Source: a virus (taxonomy: Duplodnaviria; Caudoviricetes). Taken from it: a DNA stretch of 62,122 nt. Positions 56,820 through 62,122 of this stretch are shown here, one piece after another. The translations under genes were made by a program, and so were the position numbers. Under the pieces are notes generated by a model. The model was not told where the DNA came from, made no database searches, and worked only from the letters and a program-made list of their open reading frames with translations. The DNA lies in IMG/VR virus record IMGVR_UViG_3300031152_000001, positions 1-62,122 of that record. One strand, 5' to 3'. The stretch's first letter is position 1. Every line of letters starts with the position of its first letter.

Positions 56820-56950
56820 CAGAAGTCTCTTCCGCGCATGTAGCCGACCACCAAGAATGCCACCAGATATCCAGCGACGAACCAGAAGCCGTCACCCCAA
56901 TCGGAGGTGATGCCGATCACCAGCGCTACCAATAAGATCAGGGGGTTCAT
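56819..56950 (-). CDS. Small membrane peptide (43 aa)
   Basis: MNPLILLVAL...GRDF, TGATG overlaps. Confidence 0.5.
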   Translation of the reverse strand: MNPLILLVALVIGITSDWGDGFWFVAGYLVAFLVVGYMRGRDF

Positions 56951-57765
56951 CAGTCCACCTCGACTGCGGCGGTCTCACCCTTGGCCGACCGGCCACGTCC
57001 CACCTTGAGGATGGCGGTCACCAGGCAGGACCGGTAGCCGGTAGCCGGGCAGCAGAAATTGGCGACGCGCTGGCCGTCCGGCAGCAGGGTGATCCGGATG
57101 CCTTTCCGACCCACGATCGCGCTCTCCTGGCCGCGGGAGAGCCGGTTGTACCACACCAGAGCCCGTCCGGCGAGCGTGCCGCAGACTTCCTCATCGGTGG
57201 ACAGCTCCGGATCGAACGGCAGTGCGCGCCGCGCCTCCTCCAGCTTCACGCTGATGTCCTTCGGCTCCGCCTTGCGGAAGTGCCGGTTGGACGCGACCTT
57301 GGACGCCTCCACAGCCGCGTCCTCCGGCGAGCGCTCCAGGAGCTTGCTGGCGCCGGAAGCGTTGCGGGGCTTGGTGGTCCGGTCCCCATACCCGTAGAAG
57401 CTGGTGACGTAGTCCCAGACGCCGTTGCTCCACGCCTGCACGATGGTCTCCACGCCCCGGATCGCGGTGACCTCAGCGGCTCCGCCCACGATGGCCTTAG
57501 ACACCTCCCATCCCAACGCTACGGCTTTGTCAGCGAAGGCACGCGCCTTCCCCACACTCCGGTCATCCGGACGCTCTCCGTTGGAGCTAGCGGCTTCATC
57601 ACGTGCCTTGATTCCCGCACCATGGTTCACCCAATCGGCGATCAGGCCAGCGGCTGCTTCGACGTCTCCCGGCCGGGGCGGCAGCATCGTCTGCTGCGAG
57701 TGCTTCTTGGTTCGGGCGTTCGCTGCGGCACGGTTTGCGCCCTTCGCGACTGTGGTGGTTGCCAT
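56950..57765 (-). CDS. Hypothetical protein
   Basis: 271 aa; SAS upstream; shares a short domain with 58440-59189. Confidence 0.7.
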   Translation of the reverse strand: MATTTVAKGANRAAANARTKKHSQQTMLPPRPGDVEAAAGLIADWVNHGAGIKARDEAASSNGERPDDRSVGKARAFADKAVALGWEVSKAIVGGAAEVTAIRGVETIVQAWSNGVWDYVTSFYGYGDRTTKPRNASGASKLLERSPEDAAVEASKVASNRHFRKAEPKDISVKLEEARRALPFDPELSTDEEVCGTLAGRALVWYNRLSRGQESAIVGRKGIRITLLPDGQRVANFCCPATGYRSCLVTAILKVGRGRSAKGETAAVEVD

Positions 57766-57861
57766 TGACCTGGTCCCTTCGACAATTCCTACGAACTTAC
57801 TAGGTAGGTTTATGAGCTACCTGGGCGATGCTCGGCTGGAGCCGAGCATCACCCTCCGGGC

Positions 57862-58086
57862 TCAGTGTCCGTCGTCCTCTGGGACGGCCAGCCGCACGAT
57901 CTCGCCGGTGATGTCGATCGCGGCGTCATCGAGCCGCTTCACCAGCACGCCGTAGGTCCGGCCGTCCTGCCCGCCGATCCTGAAAAAGCTCTCGCCAATC
58001 CCCATGTGGACTTCCACGTCAGAGCTGAGGTTCGGGCTGAAGTCGAGACAGCGCCGCAGCTCCTCCGCGACCTCGAAGTGGCTCAT
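57862..58086 (-). CDS. Hypothetical protein
   Basis: 74 aa, ATGA overlap. Confidence 0.5.
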   Translation of the reverse strand: MSHFEVAEELRRCLDFSPNLSSDVEVHMGIGESFFRIGGQDGRTYGVLVKRLDDAAIDITGEIVRLAVPEDDGH

Positions 58087-58346
58087 CGACCTAGCACCGT
58101 TTCCGGCGTCTTGCCGGGGCAGTGCACCATGACGTCTCCGCCACCCAGCCAGTTCTGGACGCGGACCTGGTAGTCATGCGCGCCGTGAATGGCCCACTGC
58201 CCGACGTAGCAGGGGTGGTCCTTCCCGAGGTGTGCCGCCCGAGGTGTGCCCTCGGCGTGCTTCGTGGCCCGGCACTGGTGCGTCGCTCCGGGCTCCGGAA
58301 GCGAGAACCGTTCGCGTACTTCCGCCATCTTGTCTGTGGTGTTCAT
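58083..58346 (-). CDS. His/Cys-rich small protein
   Basis: SAS variant upstream. Confidence 0.55.
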   Translation of the reverse strand: MNTTDKMAEVRERFSLPEPGATHQCRATKHAEGTPRAAHLGKDHPCYVGQWAIHGAHDYQVRVQNWLGGGDVMVHCPGKTPETVLGR

Positions 58347-58439
58347 ATTGGTCCCTTCATCAGCCCGCTCTCTCGGGCACTACCGGCAGTCTACTCCACT
58401 GGAGAGCCGGGAGGGAACCCCCTCCCGGCTCCGGGCCTC

Positions 58440-59189
58440 TCAGAGCAGCCGCAGGGCCTCCTTCAGGTTCCGGACCTTGCGGGCCTTGCCGCCGAACGAG
58501 GCACCGGACTCCGGGTAGTCGTACGCCCGACCGTCCCAGGCCAGCGCGATGTGGGACTCACCCTTGGTGGCGGTGGCGTAGTACCGGGTACCCTCGCCGG
58601 TCGTGCCCTCGGGCAGTTCGTAGGTCTCGCTCTGGACGGTGACGGTCCAGCCCGCTGCCTCGGCCGCCTTGCGGAAGGTCTCGGACTTGTGGATCTCCGT
58701 GCCCTTGGCGATGATGACCATACCGGCGCGGCTCCGGCCGGTGCGGGCCGGACGCTTGGCCTCGTTCAGCTCCGGGTAGCAGATCCAGCAGCCGTGGACC
58801 TCTGCGGCCTGCTCCTCGGTCAGCGCGCCCAGGTCCATTTGGTCGTGGCCTGCGTCACTGTGCGTGTTCTCCCAACCACCCTCTTCATAGCAGGGCAGGC
58901 ACTGGTCCTTGAAGTCCCTGCCCAGGCCCTGAGCCTTCCGGGTAGCCGCGGCCATGCCGTTCCGGGTGCCGCAGACGATGCACTTGGTACCGGCCTTGAC
59001 GACCGTGGTCTTGGTGGGCTCAGCAGTGGCGGCCTGGATCGCGGCGACAGCCTCGCGCTCGCCCTGCTCGGCGTAGGCGCTGCGCTCGTCGCCGCTGATG
59101 AAGGAGTTGAAGTCTTCGCGCTTCCAGCTGCTCGCGCCCTTGACGCCCTGCTCGGTGAAGATCTTGCGGAGGTTGGTCACGGTGATCAT
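58440..59189 (-). CDS. Hypothetical protein with CxxC pairs
   Basis: Start MITVTN after SAS; CIVC, CLPC, CWIC. Confidence 0.7.
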   Translation of the reverse strand: MITVTNLRKIFTEQGVKGASSWKREDFNSFISGDERSAYAEQGEREAVAAIQAATAEPTKTTVVKAGTKCIVCGTRNGMAAATRKAQGLGRDFKDQCLPCYEEGGWENTHSDAGHDQMDLGALTEEQAAEVHGCWICYPELNEAKRPARTGRSRAGMVIIAKGTEIHKSETFRKAAEAAGWTVTVQSETYELPEGTTGEGTRYYATATKGESHIALAWDGRAYDYPESGASFGGKARKVRNLKEALRLL

Positions 59190-59410
59190 GGTAGGTCCCT
59201 TCGGTTCGGCCCCTCTCACCGGGCCACTGGAGACAACTCTACCCGGACCTGGCCAATTTTCACCCATCGGATCCCCAACTTTTTCAAGATTCTTTTCAGG
59301 CACCAATGCATACCTAGAACCAGGTTCGTATGATTTGCTATCTACCTGCTGGAATGGTCCGGGCGCCCACCGTATTGGTGAGCGCCCGTGTTTCGCGCTA
59401 TCCGAACTCC

Positions 59411-59758
59411 TCAGGTCAAGTTGGCGTCCTCCGCGGGCGGATGCGGCATCGTCGCGTAAGTCGGCTGCGCCACGTTCGCCATGGCCTGTGTGCGCCGGTG
59501 TGCCCGGTCGCCCAAGACGGAGAGCAGGCCGTGGTTCATTGCTTCCACGTACGCCAGCGCCTCCGCCAGAGATCGACCGATCTTGGTGTCCGAGACCGGG
59601 TGCGCCAGGGAGGTCTGGAACTCCGTCAGCCGGTGCCAGACTCCGTTGGAGCGGGATCCGGGCATGAACTCGAATCGCCGGTCCATCCCCATCTCCTCTG
59701 CCTTGTCGTTCAGGCTCCTGACAGCACTCTCCACACTCGCCTTGGACGTCTGGGTCAT
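59411..59758 (-). CDS. Hypothetical protein
   Basis: MTQTSK start with GGAGG. Confidence 0.55.
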   Translation of the reverse strand: MTQTSKASVESAVRSLNDKAEEMGMDRRFEFMPGSRSNGVWHRLTEFQTSLAHPVSDTKIGRSLAEALAYVEAMNHGLLSVLGDRAHRRTQAMANVAQPTYATMPHPPAEDANLT

Positions 59759-59950
59759 TCGTTGGCCTCCGTTGGAACTAGGTGGGTTGCCGCCCCAGCC
59801 GGGGCATGGCTCCTTGCTCTTCTCGCCGTGCGAGCCGTGCAGGTGCGATATCGCGCACCAGGATGCTCTCATCGTCCAACTCCCGATTGTGGTGAGGGTG
59901 GGACCAGGGAGACCTCAGCTACGCCTGGACCCACCCTCGCTCAAGGGGTT

Positions 59951-61015
59951 CTACCGACCCAGCGCCGTCCGCTCCGGCGCGGCGTCCGTCCGCTGCGCGC
60001 GAGGCTCGGCCGTACGCTGTACGTTGATCGAACGCGCAGCGGCAGCGCCAGCCGCCCGTCCGGCGCGCGCCTCCGGACCGTTGATCTCACGGTTCCAGCG
60101 CCGACGGTCTGCCTCGGTAGCGACGCGCGGACGGCAGTTCCGGCACTGTCCCGTAGGGCTCTTGGTGCGGGCACAAGCGTCACAGGGCTGGACCTCGGGA
60201 CGCACGTACGGCTTGGGCGGAGCCGGACGCCGGTCCGGCCACTCGGCGTAGTACGCCTCTTCGATGCGCTCCTTGCGGCCGCTGAGGATCAGCGCGCCGG
60301 AGACCGCGTCAGCGGCGTCACGAGCCGACCGCAGCCGCCAGCCGAACTCATCCAAGAACGAACTGGCGTACGCCTTGCGGTACTGATCCACCTGGATGCC
60401 GCGACCGCTCACCCGCGGTTCCTCGCCGCGCTTGGCGCACTCCGCCATGTACAGCTTCTGGACCTTGCCGTGCGCCGCACCGTCCTTGTAGCCGGAGCCC
60501 CACAGCCAGTGCGCGATGTCGTTACGCTTCTGGCCGGAGTTGCGGAGGTAGTAGCAGTTCTCCTGATCGCTCAGCTGCGGGTTGACCCGCGCATCGATCC
60601 GCGTGATGAAGGTCAGGTGCGCTGCGGTCCACAGGAATTCGGCCAGCCGGATGTCGATGTCGTAGCCGTATCCACGCGCCCACAGCTGGGCCTTGCCGTC
60701 GTGCCGATCGTCGTTCGGGTATGCCCACTCGAAGTGCACCTGGATGCCCGCGTGCTTCGCGACCTCCCGGAACAGCTCCATGTACTCGTACCGCATCGGC
60801 GCGTAGATGCTTCCGGTCATGATCAGCAGGTCGAAGCGGCGCGGCTTGGTGGCTGCCTCGGAGTCCTGTGCGATGGCCTCCTCCTCGCTGACGCGGTACT
60901 CCCGCATCAGCGTCTCCGCCTTGTCGCGGTAGCTCTGCCGCGCCTCCTGCGTGTTCGCCTCATCCTCAGCCATGGCGATCAGTGCGCCGATGGTCTTCGC
61001 GTAGTCCCTGGCCAT
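59951..61015 (-). CDS. DUF2786-domain protein
   Basis: IGALIAMAE...EARQSYRDKAETLMREY; SAS upstream. Confidence 0.7.
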   Translation of the reverse strand: MARDYAKTIGALIAMAEDEANTQEARQSYRDKAETLMREYRVSEEEAIAQDSEAATKPRRFDLLIMTGSIYAPMRYEYMELFREVAKHAGIQVHFEWAYPNDDRHDGKAQLWARGYGYDIDIRLAEFLWTAAHLTFITRIDARVNPQLSDQENCYYLRNSGQKRNDIAHWLWGSGYKDGAAHGKVQKLYMAECAKRGEEPRVSGRGIQVDQYRKAYASSFLDEFGWRLRSARDAADAVSGALILSGRKERIEEAYYAEWPDRRPAPPKPYVRPEVQPCDACARTKSPTGQCRNCRPRVATEADRRRWNREINGPEARAGRAAGAAAARSINVQRTAEPRAQRTDAAPERTALGR

Positions 61016-61111
61016 GATCGGTCCCTTCGGTCTGGAGCGCTCTCTCGCCCACTTCAATGACGCTACTCCATGTGGTGCCCGCCCGGAAGTGCTCCAGGCG
61101 GGCAGATCGGC

Positions 61112-61876
61112 TTACTTCTTGCGGCACTCCGGGCCGATGCCGTACGCCCGGGAGGTCTCGTCCGTGAGCGTCCGACCGCAGCGGGAGCACTTCCCCAGCT
61201 CCATGCCGTACCGGCGAGCCGCGCTCAACTGGTCCACGGCGATCAGGTCCAGGATGGTGCGGATCCGGGTCACGTTCCGGATGGCGTGCCAGTCGTCGCT
61301 CGCCTGGATGTCCAGGAACACGTAGCCAGGCTTGCGGCCGTTCTTGACCTTGAAGAACCTGAGCGTTCCGTCGTCCTCCACCGCGTACCGGCCGTCAGCC
61401 ACCTGCGGCTGCGCGGTGGTGGCCCGGAGGTATTCCTCGGTGCTCGCGCCCGGAGCCACAGCCTCAACCATGGTAGCAGCCGCAGCGGCAGTCGGCATGT
61501 CCTTGTAGCGGCTGATGAACTGCGATGCCGCGATTCTCGCCATGCCCTGCTCCAGGCGCACCCGGAGGGAGAACCGCATCTCATCGGTGACGCTCGGCCG
61601 GTGCGCGATCGAGATCATGTACTTGGCCTGCTTCTCGGTCACCAGCGCCGGACCGGTCTTGACGTTCCAGCCAGAGACCTTGATCATCGGAGAGACCGTA
61701 GCAGCCGGACGGCCGGTGACGAAAGCAACTGCCTCGATCTCGTCCACCTCGGGCTGAGGGGCGGGCTGCTCGTGCATCTGGACCTCCGCGTTGGCGAGCC
61801 GGTCAGCCGCCCGGGTGGCGGTGTGGAAGGTCTGTAGGAAGGATGCGGTATGGGGAATGCGCTCCCGAGTGGTCAT
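61112..61876 (-). CDS. DUF6011-domain protein
   Basis: CSRCGRTLTDETSRAYGIGPEC; SAS upstream. Confidence 0.75.
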   Translation of the reverse strand: MTTRERIPHTASFLQTFHTATRAADRLANAEVQMHEQPAPQPEVDEIEAVAFVTGRPAATVSPMIKVSGWNVKTGPALVTEKQAKYMISIAHRPSVTDEMRFSLRVRLEQGMARIAASQFISRYKDMPTAAAAATMVEAVAPGASTEEYLRATTAQPQVADGRYAVEDDGTLRFFKVKNGRKPGYVFLDIQASDDWHAIRNVTRIRTILDLIAVDQLSAARRYGMELGKCSRCGRTLTDETSRAYGIGPECRKK

Positions 61877-61920
61877 CTTGGTCCCTTCGTCGGTGGGCCT
61901 CTCACCAGCCCAACGCCTAC

Positions 61921-61950
61921 ATATTACCTCGGCGCGTGACGTCCCGTCTA
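61921..61950 (-). promoter_or_regulatory. Early promoter TAGACG-N18-TAATAT
   Basis: Upstream of first early gene; same -35 as the 56.6 kb promoter. Confidence 0.6.
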
Positions 61951-61995
61951 CAAAAATCTTGGAATACCCGGAAGAAGGTTCGTAGGAATTGGTTT

Positions 61996-62122
61996 CTTCC
62001 TGCAGATACGCAGATGGCCGGTTGGCTTTCCTCTGAGGTAGGGTGAGAGTCCCATCCTCAAGCCAACCGGCCATCCTGCCCGGTAAACGCACGGGCCAGC
62101 GAGGCAATGCCGGTCCGAAGGG
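61996..62122. repeat. 127-nt terminal direct repeat identical to 1..127 (probable assembly k-mer overlap)
   Basis: cttcctgcag...ccgaaggg occurs at both 1-127 and 61996-62122; 127 is a common assembler k. Confidence 0.9.

Larger units (their letters stand above)
1..61995 (-). mobile_element. Complete siphovirus-like actinophage genome, probably lytic
   Basis: Terminase, portal, capsid, tape measure, tail, lysis and replication modules, all on the minus strand; ends overlap by 127 nt; no integrase recognised. Confidence 0.93.

Noticed and set aside
1-61995. Integration/lysogeny module or alternative genetic code
   Set aside because: No integrase, ParAB or repressor recognised; conserved genes are intact under code 11
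61877-62107. N-terminal extension of the DUF6011 ORF
   Set aside because: SAS and promoter place the start at 61876; the upstream part is regulatory/ncRNA sequence
61996-62122. Biological terminal repeat
   Set aside because: Exactly 127 nt, matching a common assembly k-mer overlap; real ends need read-based analysis

Overview
Apparently a complete, circularly assembled ~62 kb high-GC siphophage genome: 61,995 bp unique, with positions 1-127 duplicated at 61996-62122. Gene content points to an actinobacterial host, plausibly a filamentous actinomycete (inference). Essentially all credible genes lie on the minus strand. From right to left they are: early/accessory genes (DUF6011, DUF2786, DUF2637); recombination/replication genes (SNF2 helicase, PD-(D/E)XK nuclease, Sak4-like ATPase, SSB, a DnaE split into two genes, RuvC-like resolvase, primase-helicase followed by an iteron-like ori); a nucleotide-metabolism/possible DNA-modification cluster; secreted proteins (neprosin, I36-like, LPVTG-anchored); and packaging, head, tail and lysis modules. 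I recognised no integrase or repressor. The most notable signals are non-coding. (i) A start-associated motif CGAAGGGACC precedes ~12 mostly early genes, and a promoter-driven structured RNA at the genome junction presents its exact antisense in a hairpin (candidate trans-acting anti-RBS sRNA). (ii) Two tRNA-like RNAs have the anticodon loop replaced by a long hairpin. (iii) A repeated promoter class TAGCGG/A-N16-18-(T)ANNNT often reuses upstream stop codons. All family calls are by eye from motifs; no searches were run.
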